NCBI RefSeq assembly: GCF_026210795.1
Contig: NC_089431.1
Span: forward strand, 5,766,001-5,830,000
Source of the DNA: Rhizophagus irregularis
Lineage: Eukaryota
Length of the DNA: 64,000 nucleotides
Direction of reading: 5' to 3'
The notes beneath the pieces were generated by a model that saw only the letters and a list, made by a program, of their open reading frames with translations, was not told the origin of the DNA and searched no databases. A program made the translations under genes and the position numbers. This document shows, one piece after another, positions 1-13,678 of the stretch; the stretch's first letter is position 1, and each line of letters opens with the position of its first letter.

Positions 1-3000
1 ATGAGAAATTTTTCACATGAGGATATTAAAAGGAATATGCAGAGTTTGGGAATGTCCGAAATGAAATCAGAATTACTTAATAAACTCAAGGAAGATCAGA
101 AGAAAAGGTCCGCGAAATATTTAAAAAGACAAGTACGCGTAATTGAAGCTCCCTCAAATAAAGAAAAAAATCAATGGATGGTACGTTTTCAAAAACAGAA
201 AGATGATGAAGCGCGTTTGATGCCAAATGTGAGCCTTTTCTACAAGAAGATATTATCTTTAAATTATACCGCAAGTAGCGAATTACCGCCAAAGTCTTGC
301 TTAAGTAATTATAAATCGATTCCAAATACATTTTTATCAGTCGAACATTATGTGCAAATTTTTGAGCCGTTTCTTATTTTGGAATGTTGGCAGAATTTGG
401 TAAATTCAAAAGAAAAAGCGAATAATGAAGATCAGATGGACATTTTTATAGAAAACGTTTGTATGATCGATGATTTTATTGAGGTTTCGTTCAATTGTGA
501 ACAGCACAATAGGGGTCACTTTCTGGAAAGTGATCTGTTTCATATTCAGTACGAAGCTTCAGAGCAAGAATCTTTACAATATAATATTCAAAATTTGGTT
601 ATAGTTAAAAATAATAAATTATTACTTTACTTGAATGATTTTTCTCATGATGTTCGACGTTTTTTATTTCGAGACAGTAAATGGAAGGCATATCGAATTA
701 TGAGGTTAGTGATAATAAATTCATTTTTTTTCTTTTTCTAAACCATTTTTCTAAAAAAGATTTTTTATTCCTTCTTTTTTATCTCGAAGTTTAACGTCAG
801 TAACACGAGAATATGCAGCTTTAATTTCCATGTCGAAATTTTCACTAAAGAATCAAATTATTAACCCAAAAATTCCTATTACAACATCATCATCGTCTAC
901 TCAAAGACTCGAACATTACAAAAAGAATTTTCATGTTAATTATTTACAGGCAGAAATTATTGGGAAAATTCTAGACAACGATTGTGGTTTTTCATTAGTT
1001 AAAGGTCCACCAGGAACCGGAAAATCGGAAATGGTCGTTGGTTTAATTTCCGCTTTAAGAGAACATTCAGATGTTCAAGGAACGTGTCTCATTTGTGCGC
1101 CTAGTAATATAATTGTTAGTATACTGGTTAAGAAATTAAAGGCTGGAATATTTGATTCAGCAGGAAATCTTGTTAGAGTTAATATTGTATATTTGGGACT
1201 TTTAGGTTCTATCACAAATGATATGAGAGATGTGTCCTTAGATTTTTTAGCCGAAAAAATGATGTTGGAAGTAAGAGGAGGTTACGTAAAAGATTTTTCT
1301 TATTATAAAAGAAAAGTATTGGAAGGAGCACATATAATATGCTCCACATTGATTGAAAGTGGTCATGAAATATTGTCAACTTTAAATATTAATTTCAGCA
1401 CGCTCATAATTGATAATGTGACTCAGGCAACCGAGCTAAGTTCGCTAATACCTTTAAAATATAATCCAAAGCGTGTTGTATTAATTGGAGATCCAAATCA
1501 GTCGTCACCAACAGTCTTATCAAAAATAGCAAAGCAATTTTCTTATGATCAAAGTTTATTTACTCGCATACAAAAAAATTGTCCATCATCAATTAATACA
1601 CTAAAAATTCAATATAGAATGCATAAAGAAATAAGCAAATTTCCCAATCAATTTTTCTACGATTCACTTATTAAAAATGCCGATTATTTATTACAAAAGC
1701 GAAATCGACCATGGTATCGAAATCAATTCTTTTCGCCTTACAGATTTTTTAATGTCGAGAGAATAAGGAATGAAAAAAATAACTCCGAAGCAAAAATTAT
1801 TTCTCAAGCATGTAAGAGATTAATTAAGGATTTTTCTCAAGTAAATGTAAGCAAAATTTTTAATTGAGATCAATTTTACTTGTTTGATTTAATTAATTTA
1901 ATTCATTCAAAATGAAAAAGTTTGAAGGTCGAATTGGTATTATCATTCCGGATAAAGGTCAAAAAGTTGATTTTATAAAAGAACTTACGAATGATACATT
2001 TATTGAATTCGAAATCGATACACTGGTAAAACTTATTTTCTATTTGCAATATTATTTCTTTTTATATTATTTTATTTTTATTAATTGTATTATTTGTTAT
2101 AAATTAAGGATGCATTTCAAGGTCAAGAGAAAGATATCATAATATTATCATGTTTTTGCGCTATCGAAGGTAAGTATCATAATTTTATACCTAATAAATA
2201 ATACAGATATATTAATATTTAAATTCAATTTAACTTTTATAGAGAAAATTTCTGAATTTTTGAGAGATTCAAAAAGTTTGAATGTCGCTCTTACTCGTGC
2301 AAAAAGTTCTTTATGGATTTTTGGTTCAGCGAAAATTCTTGTGCAAAACGATGTCTGGAAAGCAGTAATTGAAGATGCTAAGGATCGTGGATGTTATACA
2401 GAGGTCAGTCTTAATATGATTTATTTATTAAACAATTTACATGAAAAAATGGACTTTAACCATTTAACTTTATTAGGCATTCAATAATATGTTTTCTGGG
2501 GTGGATAGTATAGCTGAAGATGACTCACTTATGTTAGAAGAGAATATAGAAAATGATAATGGACCAAATAACCGATCTATATCGTTACAATCGGGACTTC
2601 TAGTTCAATTTAACGATCCGATTCCACCAGAAGAATTTCCTTCACTTTCGCATTTTCGTTCACCTCATGTATATTATGAACGAAGGTCAGTCCATCAAAG
2701 GAGAAGTTTTTCCGGAAATCATCATCGAAGATATTCTCCAATTAAAGTTGATATTCGCGAACGTCTTTCGTTTAGTGGACATCGATATCATGATAAAAGA
2801 AGCGAATGTGACCCAAGTGATGAATGTTATTCGTTAGGACTATCACAATCATCAATAAGGGGGGATTATGATAATGATGAAAGAAATTTGAGATTACAAA
2901 TAAGTGAAACTAATATAAATAATGATTATAGCGAAGATTATGAACATTATGATGATGAAATGGTTATTGAACGTTCATCATCACCCGAAGAGGACTCTAA

Positions 3001-3139
3001 ACACAGAAAATTTAAAAACGAGAAAAAGACTCAAGTTTACCACGATTATGATAAAGATCGTAGTCCTCAAATTCATTTAGAATATTGTGATGGTCAAAAA
3101 AAATTATTATTGGAAAAGAAACGGTATACCGTTAGATGA
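1..3139 (+). CDS. Sen1/Upf1-like superfamily-1 RNA/DNA helicase, divergent (approx. exons 1-704, 790-1846, 1921-2025, 2109-2169, 2243-2403, 2477-3139; may extend upstream of the window)
   Basis: Motifs: Walker A GPPGTGKS, CAPSN, LIGDPNQ, QYRMH, DAFQGQEKD, LNVALTRAK, plus Sen1-like 'FEPFLILECW' and 'REYAAL'. GT-AG introns keep the frame. Walker B reads DNVTQ. Confidence 0.85.
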
Positions 3140-3972
3140 TCATAAGAATAGAGAATCTTATTTTCGGAGTTTGGGAATAAGGCAATATTAACATATGGAA
3201 CATGAAAATATGGTTTACTCATAATACCTATTTTTACAGAAGGATCACTCACTACAGTAGATATTAAAATAGAAAGGGATCCAAATTAAGAAAAAGTAAC
3301 AAAATTTTAGGAAATAACAAATTATTTCTCACAATTAGATTAAAGAATAGGAATGTGGTTATTTTGTAATGAGAATTATTGGCTAGGAATCCTTTTACAC
3401 TACATGATAAATCAAAATAATAATAACTTTTCATTTTCTTTTAAGAAATCAAGAATAATGTCCAGGCATGAGTAGAAACGTAGAACACAAAAAAAAAAAA
3501 AAAAAATAGGTTAAAATCATGTTATTATAAATCATAATAACTGTTTCAGTTTATCCGTTTCAGAACAACCTTCAATAATTTTTATATCCCAAATTCTTGA
3601 ATGATTTAATGGGTAATTTACTTTAAATTTGAAACTAGACATTTTTCGGTAAATTTCTTTTAACATTTAAACCATATACTATTGGGAATGATTCACGTAA
3701 ACGGAATCAAAAATTATTAAATTATTTTAGATTATAATAAAGAAGGTAATTTTATCTGGAAGGATGACATTAAACATTTAGAAATTTTGAATTGCATCAA
3801 GAACTAGTTAGTATTGTAAGTGTGAAATTCGAGCATTCGTTAAAACCTGACAATGTTTATCAAGTGGCTTCCCAGAAATTACTACCGTGAACAATAGGCG
3901 TATATCCTTGTTTCGTTTCATTTTATTTTACTTTACTTTATTAACAATTAGAAGCTATCGTAATTAATATTC

Positions 3973-5029
3973 CTATTCCTTATCCGATTCGCCAAATAAT
4001 TCAGCTAACCTATCACACCATTCTAATACGATACTTTCAAGTTTATTTATACTAGGTCTAACAGAAGGATCTTGAGCCCAACACATTTTAATCACTTCAT
4101 TATATATACTAGGAGCATTATCACTCAATCTTGGTCTTTCTCCTTGACAAATATTAACAGTTAAAATCATATCATGTTGTTTGTCTTTAAATGGAAATTC
4201 ACCTGTACTTAATTCACACATTACAATACCAACACTATAAATATCCGAAGCTTGAATGTATTCTTTACCTTTTAAAACCTCAGGTGCTAAGTAAGGTAGA
4301 ATACCATAAATTCCTTCTTTTTCATTTTTATTTCCAATAGGAGCCACAGGTCTTGTTAGACCGGATGTTGGAAGATAAGCGATTAATAATTTCCCTTCAT
4401 TATTTCTGGAAAGGAGAATGTTTTTACTGTGTATGTCTTTGTGCATAAAACCTTGTTCATGAATTGTTTTTAGATCACGGAGAAATGAGGAAAGAATCAA
4501 TAGTTTTTTGTTCCAATTGAGAGATGAAAAATTGCTGTCAAGATAATCATGTAAATCCCCTTCTTCCGCATATTTAATTATGGAAATATAATTATTCAAG
4601 TGATCTTTGGTAATTCCATAAATTGGCAAGAATTTATCAGGAGATTTATTATAGCAAATATAATGATATTGGACCTGTTAATAATAATAAATAAATAACA
4701 GATAATAATAATTAATAATAATTTAGTTACTGCGCCATTAATGAATATCTAAAATCACATACCTGATTTAAAATCGAAGATAATTCCTTTTCCCAATCAA
4801 TTATTTTAAGCACAACCATTAAAGGACCAACTCTTTTTTGTTTTTGTTTATCACCAATAATTGGACCATTAATCCATTTTGCGATACGAATATTTGAAAT
4901 TCCCCCACTTGCAAGAGATTTTATATTTTCAAATTGTTCGTAAGGTATCCATTCAAAATTTTGTGAATTTGATAAATTTTCTTGTATTTTAATAATAAAA
5001 TTATCAATAACTTCGTAACCTGAAGTCAT
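3973..5029 (-). CDS. Tyrosine-kinase-like (TKL) protein kinase of the Glomeromycotina-expanded type, probable pseudokinase (exons 5029-4763, 4674-3973)
   Basis: Motifs TSG..IDNFI, EWIPY, VVLK, HKDIHSKN, YLAPEV, DIYSVG and CW...RPS. One phase-0 GT-AG intron joins the two ORFs. Confidence 0.85.
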
Positions 5030-5962
5030 TTTTAAAGGAAAAAGAAAAAATCATATATTTTATCTGTCAAGAAATTTTGAATTTTTTTTTTTCGGTATTT
5101 TTATATGAAAAAAAGTGATTTAGAAGAGATTTACGTGTCACACTCAAATTTTAAATCCATAATAAGACAAAATTTCATCGATCAAAACCATTTGCACAAC
5201 CAATTTATGTAATATTTATTCTAAAAAGAGAAATGAAATTTCGATTTTAGGAACATTGTTTCAAAAAAGTTAATTCTTTATATAAAATAATGAATTTTTT
5301 ATTATTATTAAAATACGGGAAAAATCAAATTAAGTATTATTCAAATACTATTCATTGTTTTCTTTCCATTAAAAAAAAAATATAATATAATCATTTAGCT
5401 AAATTCTTTAAAATTTTGATTTACTTTGATAAATAATGATCATGAAACACTTTTTTTTTTTTATGCTAATTATCTTAGCGCACATAAAATGACAAGTGAA
5501 ATTTGTGAAACTGTTACATTACAAAAGCAGGTTATCGACAAATAAAGCTTCATTTTTTTTTTTTACAATTGATAATCCAGATAACGAATTTTTTTTATTT
5601 TACTTTTTTTTTTTTTATATAATATTAGCTTTATTAAAATTACAAAGGAAAATTTCGGAGTTTTAAGAGTTTTACAAAAAAAAATGTTCTTTCATGTCTT
5701 AATGAATAATAAAATCACCTAAAAAAACTATTTTACAAAACAATGTACAAATCAAAGGAATTCCCTTTTTAAAAAATATTTTTTTTTTTTTTTCCAGCTC
5801 CTTTTATGTATTTTTTGCAGGAATTTTTTTTTTTAGTTCTAACATTCACTTAATTCGCTTTATAATTTCTTTCGAACTTTTAATCTTTTTATATATTAAT
5901 TTGTTCCGGCAACTCTATCAGAGATAGTTTTTTTTTATGTCGGAAGCAGCACGTGATGGAGA

Positions 5963-7936
5963 TCAATCCGTGGTCTCGTAATTAGTAGAGATTCCATCTC
6001 TCAAAACGCTAACGAGGCCGACAACAGGTCTTACATAAACTGCATACAAGACCGACGTGGCAATACTAGCAGATACGGTAATGGTGTTATATAATGGATT
6101 AACCACCAATGTACTTACAAGGGTGCCCTTCGAATAAATCTGTGGTGATTGTGATTGACTGGCTTGAATCAATGCCCCCTGTTGTGCTATAATTAGATTC
6201 TGATTCTCGCCCTGAGTTATTCTCAATCGAGAACCATCTCCATTTGTTAATAATAATTGTTGACTTCCCCCACTCCTGCAGAAATAAAAAAAAAGAGTTA
6301 ATTAAAGAAAGAAAAGAATGAAAGAAAAAATTCATGAAACTTGAAATATAAATCTTACGCACAACTGTCCCACAATAGATTTTAGATTAATTATTTCATC
6401 ATTTTGTCTATCAATCTTTGTTTCTAAACGTTTAATAGTTTCTTCAAACATTTTACTAACGCTTGTACCATCAACTTCGTCTTTTTGTACATTAACTTTC
6501 GATTCTAAACGTTGCATCGTTTCTGTCATACGTTTAGAAAGGTCAATTTGTTGTTGCATAATATGTTCCATTGAATTAAATTTAGTAATTTGAACATCTT
6601 TTTCGGCAACTTTAGCTTCAAGTTGCTCTTTAACATTATTCAAGGATTTATTAATTTCTTCAAGTTCCTGCAACTATAAAATATCATATGTAAATAATGG
6701 ATACTGTATGCACTCCATTCAAAAAAACGTAATTATTATAATGCTTACCGTTTTGGTGTTGTTACTATCACTTTGTTGTTCAATGGTATTTGTGATTGAG
6801 TTCGGCTTGATATTTTTAGTTGAAATAGTAAGAGGTACAGACTTTCCTTCATAAGGTTTCGATCCAATGATAGAATTAAAAGCATTATTCTGATCAACCT
6901 GATCTTCTTTTTCATCTTCAAATTCGAGCTTATTGGAATTATGAGTGATAAACTCGAATGGTGCAGATTGGGGTTCAATAGGTGTGACAATAAGTCGAGG
7001 GGTTATAGGAGTAGTAGGAGAACCGGAATTATATTCAGATTCATGTTTATTATTAACATTATTATTGGAAGAAATTTCTTGATCATCAAAGGAACTTTGT
7101 TGAGTGGATGAAATGGTCGATTGAACATCATCAACGGGGCTATCATCAGTACTTTTAATAGGTGAGAAATGATTATTAACATTATCAGTTCCGTTACCGA
7201 TTTGAGGGGATTCAACATTGTTATTGTCATTATTGTTATTATTATTATTATTATTACTATTTTTATTAATATCATTATTACTATTTTTATTACCATGAAC
7301 CTTTTTTGGACTTTTAATCATAGTTTCACCAGGTTCAAGAAAACTATTTTCAAATATATCTTGTGGTTTTGGAGATGATTTATTTTCAAAAAATTTACCA
7401 AGGTTAACACTGATACGTTTTACTTTTTTAGATGATTTGTCTTTCTCTAAATTTTCGGCGTTACTATTTTGTCTAGATTTTGTTCCCTTCTTTGAGGTAG
7501 TATCATTTTCAGGTTTTTCATCATCATCAGAAAAGAAAATGTAACCATGTCCATGTTTTGATGCATCACTATTAGATGAAGTACGAGAAGTAGGACGGAC
7601 CTGCTTTTCAACTGTATTATTACGTTTATTATTGTCCTTATCTTTATTAAAGATTCCCGATAGAGAACGAACCAAACCTTCAGAATGTTTTTCTTTTTCT
7701 TCTTTTTCTTTATCATCCTTTTTAGGATTGAACATACTTATAAAACTATTACGTTTCTTGCGCTTAGAAGAAGAAAGGTTTCTAACTTCTTTGTTATCCT
7801 CAAAATTGATTTTTTTTGACTCATCAACAAAAGAAGAAGCCGAAGAGGAATAATTATCCTTTGATGTTTCAGAAGAGTTATCAACATCTTCTTCATAAAC
7901 ATTATTATTATTAACATTAGTTTCGTAAGTTGCCAT
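5963..7936 (-). CDS. Hypothetical protein with N/S/K/D-rich disordered N-terminus, coiled coil and hydrophobic C-terminal segment (exons approx. 7936-6749, 6673-6363, 6275-5963)
   Basis: Three long ORFs joinable in frame with GT-AG introns (second donor GTGCGT); heptad-like middle exon. Confidence 0.7.
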
Positions 7937-10637
7937 ACTTTTTTTTTATCTTAAAACAAAAACAATAGAAAAAAGAAAAAAAAAGAAAGAAAGAAAATGA
8001 GGATTTAACTCTTATTTTTATTATTTGTTATTTGTTATTTTGTTATTTATATTTTTTTTTTTTTTGGTTCAAAGAAAAAAAAGTCGGAGAAAGGGTGTAC
8101 TCTTTTTATAATAAATGTGGTTACGAAAAGTAACGAGAAAGTATGTTTTACCACATAATATAATTTAAATTTAAGTATATCGGATAAAATCAAATAAAGA
8201 AAAAAAAGATTCCAGCCACTAATTAAAATGGTTAAGATTTTCATTTAATATATATAATAAAGTAAAAATATATAAGTTAAGTACATGTCATGTAATATCC
8301 GAATGTGTAATTTTGTAAAACATTTTCTTTTATTGGCGGGAAATTGATCCACAATTTAAAATATGGCCGATATATGGAACGTGCATATAAATTATATAAA
8401 TTGTATAAATTGATGGTTATAAAGCACATAAACATTATACTCATTTGATATACATCAAAAAGTTTATTTTTTATATGTATGTATAATACATAATACAATC
8501 TTAGTTTAGCTAAAGAAAAAAAAAAATAATAAATGAAAAATAAAGATTATCAGATAAAATTTTTTTGAAACAAATATTCACAAATTAAGCTTAGTAAAAA
8601 AAAACATGTTTCAAAATTATTCTAAAATGAATAAAACCACGTAAATGTGAGGTTTTTTTTTTGAACAAAGAAATCTTTTTCTGGAATTATAAGGTAAGAA
8701 AAATTTATCCGGTTCGATTTTAGAAAAATAAAGTTGGTTTATAAAAAGATCTGAAAGAACGTGCGAGCGTTATCAATCAAAAATTATTATTTTTATGGCT
8801 GAGCATTGACCACTCCTTTCATTTTCACATTTTTTCACACTTACTCATATATTGTAAACTAGTCTTGTGACTTATTAAACTATAAGTGTGTGGGAAATAT
8901 AAAGTTCAATCAAGGGTTTACTATTAAAATTTTCCTTTTTCATTTCAAAACTTTTGTAAATCTTTTCTAAATTTGATTAGGAAAAATAAGGACTCATTGA
9001 AGTTTTCCTTGGAAAAGAACAAATCCGGCGTTAACATTGCAGATTACAAACATTTGGTTTTCATTCGATTGTTCTTTCATTTTCATATCTACCAAAATAT
9101 TTATTCTTGGATGACTGCTTAAATTTAAAAATTTTGAGGCGTAAAAAAAAAATAATAAATTCAATAATAAAGTTGCAACAATATCATGTGAAAAGTTGAT
9201 CAAAAAAAACTTGAAATTTGTTTGTGCGTAAAAAAATTTCATTAAGGACTTAATCTAATACATATCATATCATATATATCATAATCATATAAAGTAATAG
9301 ATGCTCGTGTGTGCATCATGTGGGCATTTGTACGCATCATCGCTGTGTGAAATGTTCCATATCATGCATCATCTAATGAATGAATTATCGAAATCTTTCG
9401 GTGATATCTATCTGCTTATATTTATTTATGTATGCGCCTAGAATCATAGAACTATCAAATGTACTTACTTGTATGCATATTCTTAATATGGGTTTTAGAT
9501 TGAAAATTTCGAAAATTATGGCTAATTTCTTAAAAAGTTGTGACAAGTATGATAACGAGTTTGCTTAATTTCGATATAAATGTATATATAGTATACATAT
9601 AAAATATACTGTATATATTATATATACATTCATAATATATATATACATGCATATATATATACTGTCAAAAATGACACAAAATTCTGGTATTCATTTTACC
9701 TGTTACACTTAAAAAAAAAAAATTCAGTATTATCCAGAATTTATTGTTTAAAATTCACATAATAAAAATAATGGAACTGCGTGTAATGTAAAATAACTAA
9801 ATTATGTAATTGTTATCTATCTGCGTACAAACAAAATTTTATTTCAAATCTTGGTTGTAATCCGGTTATACCCAGTTTTCGCATATGAAAAAGTTTGAAA
9901 AGTTTTATCACGTTATCGTACGATCTGCATATCACAAAATTCGGAATTTTGCGCAATTTCAGTAATTGTTATTAATAATCGGCATATCCAGGAAAAAAAA
10001 AAAATTGAACATAATCAGCATATATTGTCAAAAGTCATTATGATATCATTTCGTGATTATTTTAAAAAAGTGCATTATAATAATAATTTGAAGTTCGAGT
10101 GATTGATGATGTAAGAAAATTTAGTTTTTTATTTAAGCATCTCGATCATCTCGGCGGTGGATTCCGTACAGAAAAGTCATCATTGTTCACGTCACATACA
10201 TCACAATCTTTTTTATAGTATATTGATCGAATTGTACGACCTTCCTAAATATGACGCGATTTATCGCGTTTTCTGTATTGGTAAATGCCTATAAGCCTAT
10301 ATTCTAATAAATCTGGGGATATCATATTATATCACGTGTGACTGCATTTTTATCATGAGTATCAACAATGTAAACTTTACAACAATCAATTCAAAATAAT
10401 AGTGAAACGTTATCGACAAATGTGAACGCCTACAAAGAATGTTGTTAAGATCTACAATAATAGCAGATTCGACAATTCCTTGCAACATTATAATGGACTT
10501 ATTGAAAAAAGGAAGAATTTTACGAAGAATTTTACTCTGAACCTATCAAAGTTTATATTACGTAAATAAAAAAGTTTTTGTGCTTGCTTTTGAAATTTGA
10601 ATGTTTAATATTAATTTACATTCAGGAAGTGTAGATT

Positions 10638-11001
10638 ATAACTGATTTACCACAAGGATTGCTATGTATATCATGTGGCCGAAGGCACATGTTAGAGTAG
10701 CATCCTAGTGTAAATCAGTTATCATTAAACATGATTGATAATAAAGTTATTGGATATGTATAACGTAAGCAACTGAGACCTTTTCATGTATTTTATTTAT
10801 TATTTTATGAATAAGTGATCAAAATTTTTGTATATCACTAACGCTAATTATAAAGTGACCAAAATTTGTGTATCGCTATTATAAAGTGATCAATAACATA
10901 CGTGAAAATTGTCCAGTGCTTACATAAGCATATACAATAGTCATGTTTATAATAACTAATCTAACATGTGGCCGAAGGCCACATGATATACATAGAAATC
11001 C
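10638..11001. mobile_element. Putative non-autonomous element with ~46-bp inverted ends, each containing a CATGTGGCCGAAGG(C)CACATG hairpin
   Basis: 10655-10700 matches the reverse complement of ~10956-11001. 10638-10722 also folds back on itself. No TSD identified. Confidence 0.5.
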
Positions 11002-11811
11002 TACAACAATTACTTATTTTCTTTATTTTCTATTATGAAATTACATTATTTAATCGGTATCCTTAAGAATTTATAAATTTCATAATGAAAAATATTTATA
11101 AGTATCAAACGTTTTGTACATTTGGATTTTTATTTATTTATTTTATGTCAAGCGGGCAAGTGAATATGTAGTACAATCAAAAAGAAAGTTATTAACTACC
11201 AAAAACAGTTGTCATCTAACAAAAAATCAGACCCTCGCTTGTAAAGAGATTTAGGGTGACCCAACTAGTGCCACCCTAAACCCACCCCGGACCACCTACA
11301 TCAGTAGGTTACATTTACTTGGAACTTTTTAATCTCTTAGATCTGATAGGATTAATTCATATCACGTGATATGGTTAAATGCAACTGTTATATTGTCAAG
11401 CTGGCCAGAAATTATGGAATTTAAAATGATACTCGGTGCCGAAAATTTCCGATTTCTTTTTTATTTGTTTGACTAAAATCATGAATTCAATAACAATACC
11501 TTAATTTGGAATAACGAAATAAATTTGTGTGAAACCGAAACAATCGGCTTAGTGGTCCCATAACCAAAATATTTGCTGTATTTTGATAATCAAATAAATT
11601 TAATAAATTTACAATGGAGAATCAGATCACATGATTATCCTTACGCTTTCGTTCAAATGTATTTATTTGGTAAATAAGTGTACCCTCTTTTATAAATTGA
11701 ATTCGTTTACCGTAAATTTTTCTTTCTTTTTTTTTAAAAAAAAAAAGATAAATCAAAATAAAAATGATATTAACTACACTAATTTTAATTTTTTTCCTTA
11801 AAAAAAAAGAA

Positions 11812-13678
11812 ATGACATTAATTATTTTAAAAGAATTGCTAGAAGCTATTATATTTAATAAAGGATGGAAACTTGTTTTGGTTGCATTTTTTATTGCGTT
11901 TTTAGATAGTTGTGCATGGGTTTACACGGAAGATACTAATAATACACGATTTGATCTAATAGTTATAGTAATAGGGTTATCTTATATATTGTATACTGAA
12001 GCAGATAGAATGCGATTATCAAGACAAGAATTTCAATGGGTGATTTTGAGATTTTGTGATAAAAAACCTCATCAAGCGTATTCTTGCATATTTCTTTTCA
12101 TATTGTCAATATTATACTACAATATATATGTGAGCTCTATTATTCTTATTATATTATTTACATTTTTATCTGATTTCGCACCAAATAATTTACTCGGAAT
12201 TTCTGAATTTGGGTCAAAAATATTTAAAATTGTACATTATATTATTCCACCAATTATAATGGTGATTTTGTTTAAATTGTTTCTAGCAATATTAATGACT
12301 TCAAAATCGACTCTTGAGATATTATCTTCCGTTATCTATGAGGAATTAATGTTCTATTTAATGGGGTTTGCAATTCCATTTTTATTAATATTTTCAACGG
12401 TTAATTATCAGATGTTTGTTAATCATTACAACAAAAACCTTTCACTTTATACTTACTTTTTATTTTCGTTGAAAATGCAAAAATTGTATTGGTTGGTGGT
12501 GTTTGAAGTTTTAAGTATTTTACCACCAATATGCATTCATTGTGGTCATACGCGATCAGAGCGGAATTGGTGTCAAAATTGTGCAAAGAAATATTTTATT
12601 AATAATATATCAAAATGGACAAGCGGTCATGAAGTTATTGATAATTTAATTAAAGAATTTCAATTTAAAGCAAAAAATGAATTTGAATGTATAGAATGGA
12701 TTCCTTTTAATGAATTTGATATTATCAAAGAAATTGGTAAAGGAGGATTTGGTACAGTTTATTCCGCAACTTGGAAAAGTGGTCCTTTAACTATGTTAAA
12801 TGGAAATTTTGGAAGGATTAACAGATCCGGTCAACAAAAAGTTGCTATAAAAACTCTTGGTCGTTCAGATAATATTACAAAAGAATTTTTACATGAATTA
12901 GAAGCTCATATAAAATGTGCTACAACATATTCAAGCGATTTTTTTGCTGTACTTAGGTGTTATGGTTTAAGTCAAGATCCCGTCTCAGGATCGTATATGA
13001 TTGTAATAGATTTGGTAGAAAATGGAAGCTTAAATCAATATTTACAAAAAAAATTTTCAACTCTTAAATGGAATGAAGATAAATTAAGATTACTTGTAGA
13101 AATATCTAGTGGATTGAAAGTAGTTCATGAAGTAGATCTTGTGCATCATGATTTTCATACTGGCAATATTTTAATAGGAAAAGAGGGTACAGCCTATTTG
13201 GCAGATTTAGGACTAAGTCGTCCCGCTAATATACAATCATCTAAATCTGATGCTTTTGGTGTGTTACCGTTCGTTGCTCCTGAAGTCTTACGCGGAAATT
13301 CATATACTAAAGCTTCCGATATTTACAGTTTTGGAATGATCATGTGGGCGGTGTCTTCGGGTCAAAATCCTTTTTCACGTTATGAACTTAATAGTGATCT
13401 GGCATTAAGAATAGTAACGGAATGTGTAAGGCCACCTATTATTAAAGGAATTCCTAAAATCTATGTAGATTTAATGGTAAAATGTTGGGATCCTGATCCA
13501 TTAAAAAGACCTTCAGCTGCTGATTTAGAAAAAACATTTAGAAAATGGTATTTTAATGGGGAATTTTATGATAAATTTGCACAAGCTGATAAATTAAGTG
13601 TCGATTATATTACGAATATTATACAACGAAGTCAACCTATTTCTAGTTATAAAAGTCACAAAAGTTCAATTTGTCGGC
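11812..13678 (+). CDS. Multi-pass membrane-anchored TKL protein kinase, first large exon (continues into micro-exons to ~15950)
   Basis: About 240 aa hydrophobic N-terminus, a CxxC..CxxC motif, then intact GKGGFGTV, VAIK, HHDFHTGN, DLG, APE and DIYSFG motifs. Donor GTAAGT at 13679. Confidence 0.88.

Noticed and set aside
6745..7853. Overlapping Ile/Met-rich and Ser-rich ORFs
   Set aside because: Alternative-frame or antisense shadows of the low-complexity exon 6749-7936.
11250..11280. TTTAGGGTG...CACCCTAAA short inverted repeat
   Set aside because: Too short and without a TSD to call an element.
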